Origin: Octopus sinensis
Lineage: Eukaryota
NCBI RefSeq assembly: GCF_006345805.1
Contig: NC_043007.1
Span: 18,476,001-18,540,000 of the forward strand
Direction of reading: 5' to 3'
DNA length: 64,000 nucleotides
Part shown: positions 25,336-39,058 of the stretch, in pieces
Layout: each line of letters starts with the position of its first letter
Position numbering within the stretch: the stretch's first letter is position 1
Program-made: the position numbers and the translations under genes
The notes under the pieces: model-generated
What the model was told of the DNA's origin: nothing
Database searches by the model: none
Seen by the model: only the letters and a program-made list of their open reading frames with translations

Positions 25336-26597
25336 AATATAGAATGCAAGACACAAAGATATCTCTTCTATTTCACTTCAAATAACAGCATAATGATATC
25401 TTCCCAACCACCTCCCTAAAGTCTTAAGATACTTACTTCATAGGACTTGTAGCATTTTCCCCAAATATATGTTTCAAAGAATTATCCCAGGTACTATAAA
25501 AGAAATTGGGCTTCCCATAAGCTTGAATGCACTAAAAGCATTTATTGGCCTTAGTATGTGCTGCTGAAATGGAGGGGATTCTAATATGCCTGTGCATCTT
25601 TTATGCCATTAAAAATGGTAGTTAGAGAAGTATCATCAACCCGATATGCAGAGATGACTGTGTGTGAGTGAGAGAGAGAGGGTGTGTAGGAGTTTGTCAG
25701 AAGAGAGGGTTCTAAATAGAAGAGGGAGAAGTGTTCAGTAAAGTCATAAGACATATGCTAATTAGTGAAATTAAGAGAATAATCTTCTTCAGTGATTAAT
25801 CTGAACAAATATGTAACTCGATGGCCAACGAAGGCCTTCTTACATCAAGAGAATGATGAGAAAATTGAGGCAGTTGAAGTGTGAAGTAGTGTACCACGAA
25901 AACAAATGGAAACATCTATAAAATCTAAAGTATTTTAAGACAGCAAGAAATGTTTGCTGTATGGTCTAAGGGAAGAAACTAACTATGGATAGCAAGAAAC
26001 AGAACAGCAATTACCACTGGAGGTATTCGTGTAAAGATAGAGTGCGATTTTTTAATCTATAAGAGATAGATCAGAAAATGATGTTTTTTTTTTTTTCACT
26101 GAGGAAAGGTATGTTAATCAGGCAGAAGAGTTTTCTAGTGAATGTATTTTTTATCTTACACAGGAGTGGTAACTGAATGAATAATAAATAAATAATAAAT
26201 GCATCCTTTTAAAGCTTAGCCAGGCTCATGGGCCCGGTTTCCTGGTTTCAATGGTGTTTGTGTTCCCCAGCTGGATGGGACGCTAGCCCATCGCAGTGTT
26301 ACTCATTTTTACCAGCTGAGTGGACTGGAGCAACGTGAAATGAAGTGTTTTGCTCAAGAACACAACGTGTCGACTGGTCCAGGAATCGAAACCACAATCT
26401 TATGATCATGATGCTGACACCCTAACCACTAAGCCTCGCACCTCCACAACTGAATGAATAAATAAACGAAAATTCAGGTTTTGAAACACAATATCTTTTA
26501 AATAGTTGTTTGAGATAGTTTCAAACCACATTTTTTCTCTTCCAATATTTAAATAAAAACATGCAAAAAATATATATAAAAGTCAGAGATATCTTAC

Positions 26598-26834
26598 TGG
26601 TCTGTAGAAGATCCATCTGGTTCTGAATTGACCAGCTTAGTAAAGCTATTGGCTGTTCCCAAATTTTTAACAGCTTTGGTTAAAGGTAATTTGGAGATGG
26701 TTGGTTTCAAAATTTTTGTTGACTTTTGAGTTTCTTGGTTTGCACATTCTTCAGTTGTGTTCTCTGGTCTTTTGGTAATTCCCAACTTTGGTCGTACTTG
26801 AAACTTTGAACGTCTTGAAACAGGGGATTTGGTT
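26598..26834 (-). CDS. BDP1: BDP1 coding exon 6
   Basis: tccag acceptor, CA|GTAAGA donor, phase 2-2; TKSPVSRRSKFQVRPKL. Confidence 0.8.
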
Positions 26835-28630
26835 CTGGACGGAAAACAAAAAAAAAAAAAATGGAGAAAGAGTGAAATATTGATTTCAAATTTTGGCCCA
26901 AGATCAACAAGTTTGGGGAATGGTTAAGTTGGTGACATTGACCCCAGTGCTTAACTGGTATTTATTTTATCAACCCTGAAAGGATAAAAGGCAAAGTCAA
27001 CCGTGGCAGAATTTGAATCCAGAACATTAAGACGGACAAAATGCCAGAAAGCATTTTGCCTAGCATGCTAATGATTCTGTTAGCTAGCCGCTTTATAAAG
27101 AATGAAATACTGCCATCATCATCATTTACTATCCATTTTCCATGCTAGCATGGGCTGGACAGTTTGACAGGGGTCTGGGAAGCCAGGAGACTGCACCAGG
27201 CTCCAGTCTGGTGTAGCAGTGTTTCTACAGCTGGATGCCTTTCCTAATGCCAACCACTCCATGAGTGTAGTGGGTGCTTTTTACATGCCACTGGCACAGG
27301 TGCCAGGAGAGGCTGGCAATAGCCATGATCGGTTGCTGTTTTTTACGTGCCACCGGCACGGAAGCCAGTCAAGGCGACGCTGGCATTGGCCACGTTCGGA
27401 TGGTGCTTTTTACGTGCCACTGGCACAGGTATCACAACTACAATTTCCATTTGATTTTTTGATGTTGATGTATGTGACTCAATAGGTCTCAAACAATTCG
27501 GCTTATGAATTATTTACAGTTTAGTACCACACAACTTGAATTCAGATCTTGGCAAGTAAACTTTCTTGTTGATAAAATAAATCAGTAATATAAAAGAGGA
27601 GAGGGAAACTAAATGGATCACCTGACTCTACCTACCCCATCAATCATATTTGAATGATGTTGTAATTTTGCTTTAATGCCATGTGAATACATCACAACAT
27701 AAATGAAATACACCAGTAAGACTGGGACATGAAAATAAATTAGGCACATGAACTGTATTGTGATATCTTCATAAGCAAGTTTGACATGCCTCATAGATAA
27801 ACATACATACACTTATGGTGCAGGCATAATAAAATTTCTTTTAATGCTTCTGGTGTTCCTTGACACTTCTAGTGCCTTCTTCAGTGTGCTGTGGATGAAA
27901 ATGCTTGACAATCACAGCATGATCCCATTTCTTCCATCTTCTCAGCTGAAAATTGAGTATAACTTCTCCCCACCTTTATAGTTGATTACATTGAATTACC
28001 AAACAGAACGGTCGTCTAAAAGTTGAACCCTTACTAAATCTATTGTGTTGTGATGTAGGGATACAATGCAATTTATCTGGATGTACCAGCGTCACCTTAC
28101 TGGCACTTGTGCTGGTGGCACGTGAAAAAACATTCGAGCGAGGTCGTTGCCAGTGCCGCTGGACTGGCTCCAGTGCAGGTGGCATGTAAAAAAACACCAT
28201 TTGAGCATGGCCGTTGCCAGTACTGCCTGACTGGCCCTCGTGCCGGTAGCATGTAAAAGCACCCACTACACTCTCGGAGTGGTTGGCGTTAGGAAGGGTA
28301 TCCAGCTGTAGAAACTCTGCCAGATTAGATTGGAGCCTGGCGCAGCCATCTGGTTCACCAGTCCTCAGTCAAATCGTCCACCCTATGCTAGCATGGAAAG
28401 TGGACGTTAAACGATGATGATGATGTATCACACAGCTTGCTTCATTTGCCTTGCTGAAAACTTTTCACAGTTGAAGAGTTAAAAGTAGGTAAAACATCAA
28501 TAATCTAAATAACCTGCTCCAACAATTTGTAAGAAAAATATAATTTGAAAACATAAAACTACTGAAATTGAGGAAGAAAACCAGAAATAGTTCCAATTAT
28601 AAAGATGAAGAAAATATTGAGACAACTTAC

Positions 28631-28858
28631 TCAAGCTCTTGGCTTTTGGAAACATTTGTAGCAGCAGCAGCAATTTCATCAGAAGATTTTATCTGTGGAA
28701 TCGGTTTGTTTTTCTCACTTAGTGATGATGAATCTGTCACATCACCAGATTCTACTGATGGACTGAGGGATTCCACCTGACTGCTTGAACATATTTCTGA
28801 AGTGGCACTTTTTGGTGATGGAGATGATTCAGGCTCAGCTGAAAGGGGTGTCGGGTCA
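28631..28858 (-). CDS. BDP1: BDP1 coding exon 5 (DPTPLSAEPESSPSPKS...SQEL)
   Basis: tttcag acceptor, GA|GTAAGT donor, phase 2-2, open when hand-translated (not in the ORF track). Confidence 0.75.
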
Positions 28859-28973
28859 CTGAAAATTGATCAAGCATATTCAGTTGCCAGACATATAGTG
28901 GAAATTGTTAATCTATATCTGTGTCTACTTTCAACTGGTTAATCTATTATATTCTTAAGATAGGTCATTTTGG

Positions 28974-29400
28974 GAATCTTTTCGGTTTGAACGGCAGTTT
29001 TTAACATAATTTCTAGGTAACTAAAAAATTTTAAACTTCGTATACTGGTAGAATGTGTTTATAAAACATCTTTTTCTCTTGGCTTTATTGAGAAAATTCT
29101 ATAGTTTGTAAGATATTTGTTGTTTTTTTCTTCAATTTCTGCAATTTCAACCAATCACTGACGTCCATTGAGGTAAAAAAAACATTCTGTGTCGTATGAA
29201 TATGTCCCTCGTTTAAGAAACAGATTGGGTTTATTTACATTTGTGAAGAAAAAAGATACCCTTCCCCCCACTCCTAACCCTAACTAACCCTAACCCTAAA
29301 ATAGATTGAAATGCAATAGATCGATACTAGGGTCATAATTATGGGTGACAATTTCATATGACACAGCTAGAAAAAACTGCTGTTCAAACCGAAAAGATCC
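28974..29400. mobile_element. MITE with 8-bp TSD CATTTTGG (inverted second copy at 56961-57366)
   Basis: TIR GGATCTTTTCGGTTTGAAC.GCAGTTTTT; internal CCCTAA repeats. Confidence 0.85.
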
Positions 29401-29802
29401 CATTTTGGTGCTCCTAGCAGGAAGCATAGCCGTAACTTCATAAAGAACGAAAACACTTCCAGTCAGTCTATCCATGCCATACAGTATCTTTGCATTTAAC
29501 TTAAGCTTCGTAAGACCCAACTTTTCAGGTCTAAACTAAATACTATCCTCTTAAATGTCTCTTAGCTCCCTCTACCGCAGATACCAATATCCTCTCACAT
29601 GTGGCAAACTGACAGACTCATTATAATGTTGGACAGAATGCTTTGCAGTATTTGTTCCAACTCTCTACATTCTGCATAAATGTAGAGGGATGATTAGTAG
29701 GGGAGATAGGAAAGAGTAGGAGGCAACTGCAGAGACTGGGTAGGATTGAGAGGTGGATAAGGGGTGATGGTGACCTGTTGAGTTATAAGTACTTATAAGT
29801 AA

Positions 29803-30185
29803 TCTATATATATAAAGCTGAAGTTGTCTGTGTATGGCCTTCAACTAACATTATCTCCTCCGAGACCCTGTGGCACAAGTTGACCAAAGTTGAGAGTATG
29901 ATAGAAGAAGGCTTGCTCTTCCTTCTGTAGAAGATAAAATTCAAATCAGACCATGTTAACACCAAACATTATTTACATCAAAAAGGTGCTTTTTTTTTTT
30001 TCTATGAAAATCCCTATTTTTTACGGTTTTTTTATTGCTGTGTCATCATTTTTCAGTGTACTTCAACCAGAAAAATGTTCACTTGAAGAGAATAACAAGC
30101 TACATAATGCAAAATTTTTACTTTTCAAAAATTCTAATTCTAAAGGGTCGAAACAAACCCGAGTGACGCCAGGCGATACTGCTAG
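29803..30185 (+). mobile_element. Non-autonomous Helitron-like element
   Basis: A|TCTATATATATAAAG...subterminal GC-rich hairpin...GATACTGCTAG|T. Confidence 0.75.
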
Positions 30186-30447
30186 TGTGCTTATAAGGGA
30201 GAGAGTGGGAGATGGCTGACAACACACAGGAAAAGTGGGGAAATATCAGTATTAAGTTATGACGATGAGGTATAAACTAACTTCTACTTGAATCATAGAC
30301 TGAAACTGAAACGCAACTGATGAGCAAAAACATTGCAGCTCAGCAAAATCACAAGAGTCGCAGCACAACACCACAGCCAGTGTCACACCCAAACATCATT
30401 AAAAGCATTCAAAGACTGTCACATCAGCATTTCATCTGCTTCTATTA

Positions 30448-30847
30448 TCTTTATATATAAAAGTGAAATTGTGTGTCTGTCTCCTACGATTTAGATTCCT
30501 AACTACTCCCACATTTTGCGGTGCAGTGTAACCAAAAGTGGGTATCTTATAGTCGTGATTCATATCGAGCCCTTCTGGGTATTAGCACGCATCTACAATG
30601 AGTCTACGATTTAAAAAAAAAATTTACCATCAATTTTTCACATTTTTAATGCATTTTCGCTCGGTTTATATAAGGGAAGTAACTCTCTAAAAATGTATTA
30701 TTAAATCTCAGAACGTAAAAAGCTACAGTAACCCCCCCCCCTTTGGTGGTTAGCCATATTGAGATGGCTATTATACTTTACATCTCTAAAAATGCTTATA
30801 TAGTTATTTCCCTTACAAACCCGAGCAACGCCGGGTGATACTGCTAG
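30448..30847 (+). mobile_element. Non-autonomous Helitron-like element
   Basis: A|TCTTTATATATAAAAG...CCCGAGCAACGCCGGG hairpin...GATACTGCTAG|T. Confidence 0.75.
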
Positions 30848-31302
30848 TATTCTATAAAATGCTATTAATACAGCTACTGTGAAGGCACTAAGCCTCATAG
30901 TTAAGGGTGTTGGGTCACAATCACATGATCAATTCCTGAAATGGAGAATGCATTGCCTCCTTGAGCAAGACACTCTGTAACATGTTGCACCAATCTACCC
31001 AGGTGGAGATCGGAACCAACTCAGCACTGGTGCAGCCTCCTCTCTCCTTCCAGCTGTCATATGCTTGATGTTCACTGGGGTCAAGGCAAGGAGAGCCAAG
31101 AGGGTGTCTGGGTCTGCTCACAAATAGAGAAACACCTAAAACAATTAGCAAAAGCATGGCACATGTTACCATGTCAACCCCATTTGTGAGTAACAGCAAT
31201 GCACAACCCACACACACAGAGCAGACACTGCTGTTGCTACCACTACTACAAGAACTAAAGAAAAATGGTGTAAAACAAGGAAGGAATCAACAAAACACTC
31301 AC

Positions 31303-31533
31303 ATCACTTCACACTCTTTACCATCTTGAAACACCACTACGGTTGATAATCCAATTGTTTTCTCTTCAGAAAGTTTTTGTAAGTGTTCTGGTAACTGCTG
31401 CTTTCTCTCCAGGTCTTGAAATCTAACAGTTGGTTTCACTTGGGGACTACTTGTACAAAAAGGACGATTGCCTGGCCTGGCACCGATTTTTGGCTGAAGA
31501 GCAAACCTTGACCTCCTGGAAATAACTTTTTGA
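31303..31533 (-). CDS. BDP1: BDP1 coding exon 4
   Basis: tttcag acceptor, AT|GTGAGT donor, phase 2-2; QKVISRRSRFALQPKI. Confidence 0.8.
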
Positions 31534-31985
31534 CTGAAATAAAACAAAAAATTGCTGGAATTATTTTGCTTGCATTTTGGAGGGTTTGGGTCTTTCTTGT
31601 TCATAGGAATTCTGATACATAAATTATGATAATGATACTTTCCCCACCACAAAATTACTGGCCTTGTACCTCAATTATAAAATGGTCGATTGGCAGAATT
31701 GTTAGCTCATTATATAGATTGCTTGGTAAAAAAAACGTTCTGAGTTCAAATCCTGCTGAAATCAGTTCTGCCACTCAATTCTAATTACTGATTACAAACT
31801 TTTCTTCAATTAAGTACTAATCAAAAAAATGCTAAGGAAAGTATCTGGGAACTAATACAGAAAGTCTGATGCAAACATCTAAATTTACATAAACATTCAA
31901 CCCATGTCAGTGAGATGGAAAAGAATGTATTAGAAAAAAATGAAAGTAAAAAGTTTACAATGACATTAAGTGAGAATATACTTAC

Positions 31986-32753
31986 GGAGTAATAGTAGTT
32001 GGTTTATTGCTGTTGGATAAGGTCTTATCATTAGATGTTTCATCAGTAACTGGTTTACCAGAACTGGGTAATGTCGTACCACCAGATGCTGCATCGGTAG
32101 TGGGTTTATCATTGCTGAGTGGGGCTTTGCTATCAGATGTCGTATCAGCAACTGTTTTACCACTGCTTGGTATGTTCTTATCATCAGATGTCGAAACAGT
32201 AACTGTATTACCACTGGCAGGTAAGTTTGTACCATCTGTTGTCACATCGTTAGCTGTTTCACTACTACCTAAGTCTTTATCCTCAGGTGATGCAGTAGAG
32301 AGTGTCTTACCACTGACAGGTAGTGTTTTGTTATCTGATACTACATCATTAGCTGTTTTACCACTGTTGGCTAAGCTTTTACCATCTGCTGTTGCACCCA
32401 CGGCTGGTTTATCACTACTGGACAAAGTTTTGTCATTAGATACACTTTTTTCAATCTTCTCAACTGCATCAGTGTTAGGTTTGGATAAATCTATCCGAGT
32501 CTCTTGTGCTATGCCTTCTCCTACCAATTCAGTCATATCATTATTTTCTGACACAGATTTCGACTGCAATTTTGGTTCATCATTCTTTGTTGCAGGAGAT
32601 GCTTTTTGGACTTCTGAAGAAACATGTTGGCTTTCCAACACAGAAGGAGTGGCTGGTTTACTGGGGCTACTGCTAATACCAGACAGATTTGGAACTTTTG
32701 TCCTGATCTTTGGTTGCACAGAGAACCGTGACCGTCTAGAAATAACAGGCTTC
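31986..32753 (-). CDS. BDP1: BDP1 coding exon 3 (Ser/Thr/Asp/Lys tandem repeats)
   Basis: tttcag acceptor, CC|GTAAGT donor, phase 2-2, 768 nt; begins KPVISRRSRFSVQPKI. Confidence 0.8.
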
Positions 32754-32980
32754 CTGAAAAATAACAAACCAATTGAAATTAGCATTTCTTAAGTAACCAG
32801 AATTAACAGATTGACTCAAAAATCTTTATAGATGTTTCCTTTACTATTTTTCATTCATACCTTGATAATTCAAATATGTTAACCGATTTGGTAATCACAA
32901 AGAGAAAACTACAAACTTAAAGTTACAGAAAAGGACATAATTTTCAATTTTCATACCATTTCAAAATTCACACAAACACA

Positions 32981-33025
<45 letters not shown>

Positions 33026-36000
33026 CAAAATGGGACAAGAACGCAAAACATCCAAATAGACGATACAAAAAACACGGACGGGTCATTCGGAGCCTTTAAT
33101 CTTCAGTCAAGAACCAGATCATCCTCGCAATTTCGGCTGATTAATCTTGAGATTGCTCCAATCTGGCCAGCCCCAAGGAAAAACTAAGCTAAGAGCATTA
33201 GATTCCTTGGAAAAAGGATCGAATGTGTACGAAACAAGGACAGAAAAACGGACGATGTTACATGAATATAAATACAAAAAAAAATATAAAATAATACGAA
33301 TATAAATGCAAGAAAACAATAATAATAAAAATAACAGGACACAACAACAGGCATCTTTCAACCAGAGACGAACTAAACTCAGCTGGTGTATTGAGTGAGA
33401 ATTAAGCCTTACGGCAGACAAAATCAACGATGTTACCGTCCCCGTGTGGATGTGTAACTTAAAGCTATTATTTTAAAGAATATTTAAGAACAGGTGAATA
33501 TTTAGTGATAATGTGATGATATTGAGAGCAGAGTCTGGAACTTCACAATATATCATCATCATCATTTTAATGTCTATTTTGCTATGCTTGCATGGGTCAG
33601 ATATATATCATTTCGGATAATGCTGGATTTTGTATCTGTAGAAACTATTAAACCATGAACAGTACTTGGATATAAAGGTCAGCGGAAGAGAAATGGTCAA
33701 TTATTAAAGGTTAATTTTTTGATTAACTAATGTATATTTTACATAAAAACTGAGCACTTAAACCTATATATGAATTAATTCCAGCAAAAACATCTTATGA
33801 AAGAACATTTCTGCTTAACCGGCTCTGGCTCTGAGTACAGATGTCTTGTTTTCATAAGTTTTGAATTAAAATCTTCCACCAAACCTTAGTCACAATTTAT
33901 GTTCCTAACACTGGCTTAATGATAACCAAGTTATTTTACTAAATTCTTTGTTATATTTAAAGTAATTGAAAGAAACACAGCATCTCAAAATAAATACAGT
34001 AACGAAAGGGTTAAATGCTAGCAAATAACTTGCTACATCTCAAGGGGTTACCTATCTGCAAGGTCAGTGACTGTGGATTAAGTCAATGAGTGTACTGCTT
34101 AGTGCTACATGGATAAAAAATAATCTTTGCTAAAAGTACAAAAAAAAAAAAAAGGGGACTTTTTTAGAGGAAAGGAAATATGGAACATTAATCCTTTAGC
34201 ATTCAGATTACTTTCTCAAATATAATGCTTATTTAGTCATATCGTTTCCAGTTAATCATGCTTTACCTTCTGGCTTCAAGGTTTCAATGACATTATTAAT
34301 TTTTAGAATAGCATTGTAGAGTAAGTGTAAGAGGCAGGACCTGGTTGGTTTGAAAATAAAACAGGGAGAATATTCAGGCTGGATATAGCTTATTTAAGTG
34401 CTAAAGGGTTAATGTTTTGCATTTTCCAAAGGATTAGCGGTGTAGGTGAAATGAAAGTTTCAACAACAAACTGAAACACTAACACAGAAACCGGGCCCAT
34501 GAGCCTGACTAGACTTGAAAAGGGCAACGTTTATTATTTTATTATTATTATTATTATTATTAGTAGTAGTAGTAGTAGTAGCAGCAGCAGCAGCAACCAT
34601 CACCATACATTATTGAACCTTTATCACTATTTTGCCACCTTACTAGTAAAGAAAACCTCTAAAATTAGTTACCAGTCTCAGCTAACCCCTCAAAGATTAA
34701 ACTCACACAAAGACAAATCAGCATTCCACTGTTACAATAGAGCAAATTAAGCAGAGCATAGTAATTAACAGCATACTAATTAACAACAAGCAAATTCCTT
34801 ACTTTTACAAAAAGCATACATGTGAATGGCCCTATAGCACACAGGTTGTCTCTCATGCGTACATTAGACCCCACTATTGACATCCAGTTACTTTCTGAAC
34901 TCATTTGCACTGGCACTTTATTACAAGTTAACTTTGCACATCAGACTAACAGCAGCCAACTCATTCCTCTTTATAAGTATTTCTTTGGCACAGTGACAGT
35001 TTATGTTGTTTTTTAACACATGGCAACAGTCAAAGAGATTTGTGGCACCAACAGCCAAATAGAATTAAGGAAAAGCCAGACAGAGAGAAAATAAAATAAG
35101 AAAAGCAGTTGTCTAATATAATTGCAGACATGGCTGTGTGGATTAGAAGCTCACTTTGAAACCACATGGTTTTGGGTTCAGTCCCATTGTGTGGTAACTT
35201 GGGCAAGTGTCTTTTACTATAGTTCCAGGCCAACTAATACCATGTAAAATTGGTAAGTGGAAACTGAGTGGAACCCTGTGTGTGTGTGTGTGTGTGTGTG
35301 TTGGTTACCCACTCACAACTGCCTGACAAGTGATGTTGGTGTGTTTAAGCCCCCCTTAACTTAGTGGTTCAACAAGAGAAACTAATGAAATAAGTACCAG
35401 ACTTTAAAAAAAACATAAGTACCAGAGTCAATTTGTTCAACTAAACCCTTCAAGGTGGTGCCCCAGCATGGCCACAGCACAATAACTAACTAAAACAAGT
35501 AAAAGATAATATCTATATCTGCCTGCTGCCATCATGTAGTGTCCATTTCATAACTGTAGGAAGATTGCTAGAAGAGATATATCAGATAAATATACTAGCA
35601 TAGTACCTGTCAAAAATGACAGGATTTATTTGTTTCTTTTACTCTTCAAGCCTTGCTCCATTTTCTTCCCGTGTTTCCTTTGGTCTTCTTCCAGTTACTC
35701 TTTCTACTTCAAACCATGCTTCTCTTTCTTCTTGTGTTACTTGTTGCTTTGCAGAATTTCTCTCAAAATCATGCCAAGCACTGACCCCTTTTTGTGACAG
35801 TCATCTTCCTTCTGCATTCCAAGCTTAGAGTCATTGCGACTGAGAACTTCTGTGACTGACTTGCAGTTAACCTGTCATATATTTGAAAAGTTGGCTCTTC
35901 ACTTTTCATCTTTGTATTTTCATTCCCTCATTCACCATTATTCTCACTCACATACTTTTCTCTATCTATATAATGCTTCCTCATTCAAATTCTAATTCTT

Positions 36001-36692
36001 GACCTTTTCTTCATATCCCAACATTCTACACCTAATCCACACAGAGTTTGATATCATACAAATTTCACTACCATATTTTCACTTTCATTCACTCACTCTC
36101 TATACTTCTGTTATATTATTGTCTTGTCTTTATAATTCACTCTCTATAGTAAATATACAGGAATTTCCATTGATTCAGTGTTTTTTCATTATCTGACACA
36201 GCAACAACAAAAACTACCCAACACTGCTATTGGCACATACATTATTTTGGGGGATGGTTTTTACAGCTAGATGCTTTTCCATGCTTGCATGGGACATAGG
36301 CAATGTTTTGAGGTAGGTTTTTCTATAGCCAGATATCCTTCCTGTTTCCAACCCTTACATGTTTCCAAGTACGGTACTTCTGCACCTTAACATTTAAGCT
36401 AAGGCTCCAGTTTCAGGACACCTTCCTCTCTTTCCCTCCCACTAATCTCAGAGGCCCTAGAAAGAGCCAAGGGTACTGTCCCTTCCTCCTGAATAAGCAA
36501 TAAAAGAAATACATAATGTCAGGTCACTACTTTCTACTCTGATATCCAAGAATTGTTTCTACAATGATTACAATATAAATATTTCACTGACTCCATTTCT
36601 CTTGAATTAATCAAGACTGATCACCAAGTTCAATTTTACCATTCAGGTTAACTAAATATGTTTCAGTTCTATATTTAAAAGATGAGGAATTA

Positions 36693-37385
36693 TGTACATT
36701 ATTTAGTTTATTTACATTTGACAGATATTTGTCCTTATCTTCTTTGTTGTTAACACATTTCTGCTGATATACCCTCCAGCCTTCGTCAGGTATCTTGGGG
36801 AAATTTCGAACCTGGATTCTCATTCCTAAGGTATTTTTCAATGTTGTTATTATTGTTATTATTATTATTCAGGTCACTGCTTGGAATCGAACTCGGAATC
36901 TTGGGGTTAGTTGCCCACACTCTTAACCACTATGCCATATCCCAGTGGACGTATGGCATAGTGGGATGAAGTTAAAATAAGACAGAGAACACCACTGGAA
37001 AATGCGAAAACTAAAAGAAGCAGCACATATGCTAGGACACAACAACCTCCTAAGCAGACCAAGTGCAGATATGAGCAGCATATGGGAACCAGTATTAAGA
37101 AGGATAGGAGAATATTAGGTTTATAAGCCCTAAAATTCACTCCATAATTGCCCACGGGCATATGGCGTAGTGGTTAAGAGCACGAGCAACTAATCCCAAG
37201 ATTCCGAGTTCGATTTCAAGCAGTAACCTGAACAATAACAATAATAATAAGAACATCGAAAAATACCTAGTAATGAGAACCCAGGTTTGAAATTTCCCCA
37301 AGACACCTGATGAAAGCTGGAGGGTATATCAACCGAAACAACAAATAAGATGAGGACAAATACCTGTCAAATGTAAATGTACATA
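36693..37385. mobile_element. Divergent pair of tRNA-headed elements containing hammerhead-like cores
   Basis: Inverted copies at 36693-36945 and 37156-37385; A/B boxes; CTGAyGA-stem II-GAAA in each. Confidence 0.65.
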
Positions 37386-38968
37386 TGTTTCATTTAGATT
37401 TCTTGTCAAACCATTTGAATACATCTGGATTTTAATAAGCTCCTAAAAGCACATATATCTTCCTTCTTTTTTTGTTTATGAAAAAAAAATCTGACCACAA
37501 CTTTTTGTCTGTCTTCCTTTTTACATTAAGAATGTTCTGGCTCTTTCTTAAAAGAAAATCTTTTTTTGAATGTTTTCTGTAATAAGAGTTGAGGAAGATA
37601 CTTTCTCCAATGACTCACTGAGACTGGAAGATTTATAAGAGACAATCACACTAACTTTGGGACCTTGCAAAATCATTGGAAGACTACAATTTTAATGGGG
37701 GGGCTGTTTCATTTAAGCAACATTAGAAAAAGAATAATTTAGTTTGCAAAATCATCAACATGAAACCATCTAATGTGGGGGGAAGTCAACAGAGAAAGCA
37801 TCACACTGAAATAATAAACTATATAATGAAAGTATAAATCAGTCAGTGTGATGGTCAAATGGATTACATACCAACACGCACATAATTGTGCTGTGATTAA
37901 TTGCTTTAAATGTTGCCAGTTGATATTTATGGCTGGTATTGCACTGTGGTCTTCTGTGGGACATTATTTTATGTTATAGTATATAAGGTATGGCAATAAT
38001 AAACACATGTTCTGGTTCTATTTCCCTACTTTTATTATTATTAGTTAGTCGTTGCCAGTGCTGCTGGACTGGCTCCGGTGCAGGTGGCACATAAAAGGCA
38101 CCATTTGAGCGTAGCTGTTGCCAGTACTGCCTGACTGGCCCTCGTGCTGGTAGCATATAAAAGTACCCACAACACTCTCAGAGTGGTTGGTGTTAGAAAC
38201 CATGCCAGATCAGATTGGAGCCTGGTGCAGCCATCTGGTTCACCAGTCCTCAGTCAAATCGTCCAATCCATACTAGCATGGAAGGCGGACATTAAACGAT
38301 GATGATGATGATGATGAGTTAATTGTTTGATTTAATCATTCGTTCAATTAATCAGCTAGACTTGTTAAAAGTCTTTTCATCACCTTTCATCTGCTTCCAA
38401 ACCTGAGGTAGAGACAGCATGTCATTGATGAGGCTGCAAATGACAAACTGAGCTGATTGATTGATTGACTGAATAATTAATTAAACAATCAATTAGATGG
38501 TTAATTATTAACGAATAATAAATAAGTGAAATTGAACTAGTGCACATGTTTATTATTAGGCCTAATAATTTTTTCCAACAAAATCTGTTTCAACATAAGT
38601 CCATGTTTAGTACCTTGCACACCAAATACAAAAAAATGGAATATTTTCCTTCAGTTATCCAGAAAATAAGTCTACCTTGTGCCACCAACATCTTTGACCA
38701 AGTATGTATCACCCTTTTACATTAAAAGTCAAAACCAACATAAGTCTCTTGTACAGACATTAGATCTAATTGTTGATACCAAATCCCTTTTTTTCTTCGA
38801 GTTTATTTGAACGCAAACTTTCTCAAAAGTTAAACTTGCATATCCAAATGATAGTCAACTCATTCCTCTTAATCAACATCCACTACCACACAGTACCATA
38901 CTTCCATTTGATAATTTATAAATCTAGAGATCTCACTGGAAAAAATATCTAAGAAGCATATAACAAAA

Positions 38969-39009
<41 letters not shown>

Positions 39010-39058
39010 CAAAAGAGCTGGAAGAACTTCACTGTTTATGAAATATAAAGTTACTCAC

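Noticed and set aside
32007-32792. 261-aa plus-strand ORF
   Set aside because: Antisense shadow of BDP1 exon 3; splice signals favour the minus strand
33075-33180. Hammerhead-like pieces on the minus strand (GGCTGG/TCAGCC-GAAA; separate CTGAAGA)
   Set aside because: Core and stems cannot be assembled into one consistent fold; may be a decayed relative
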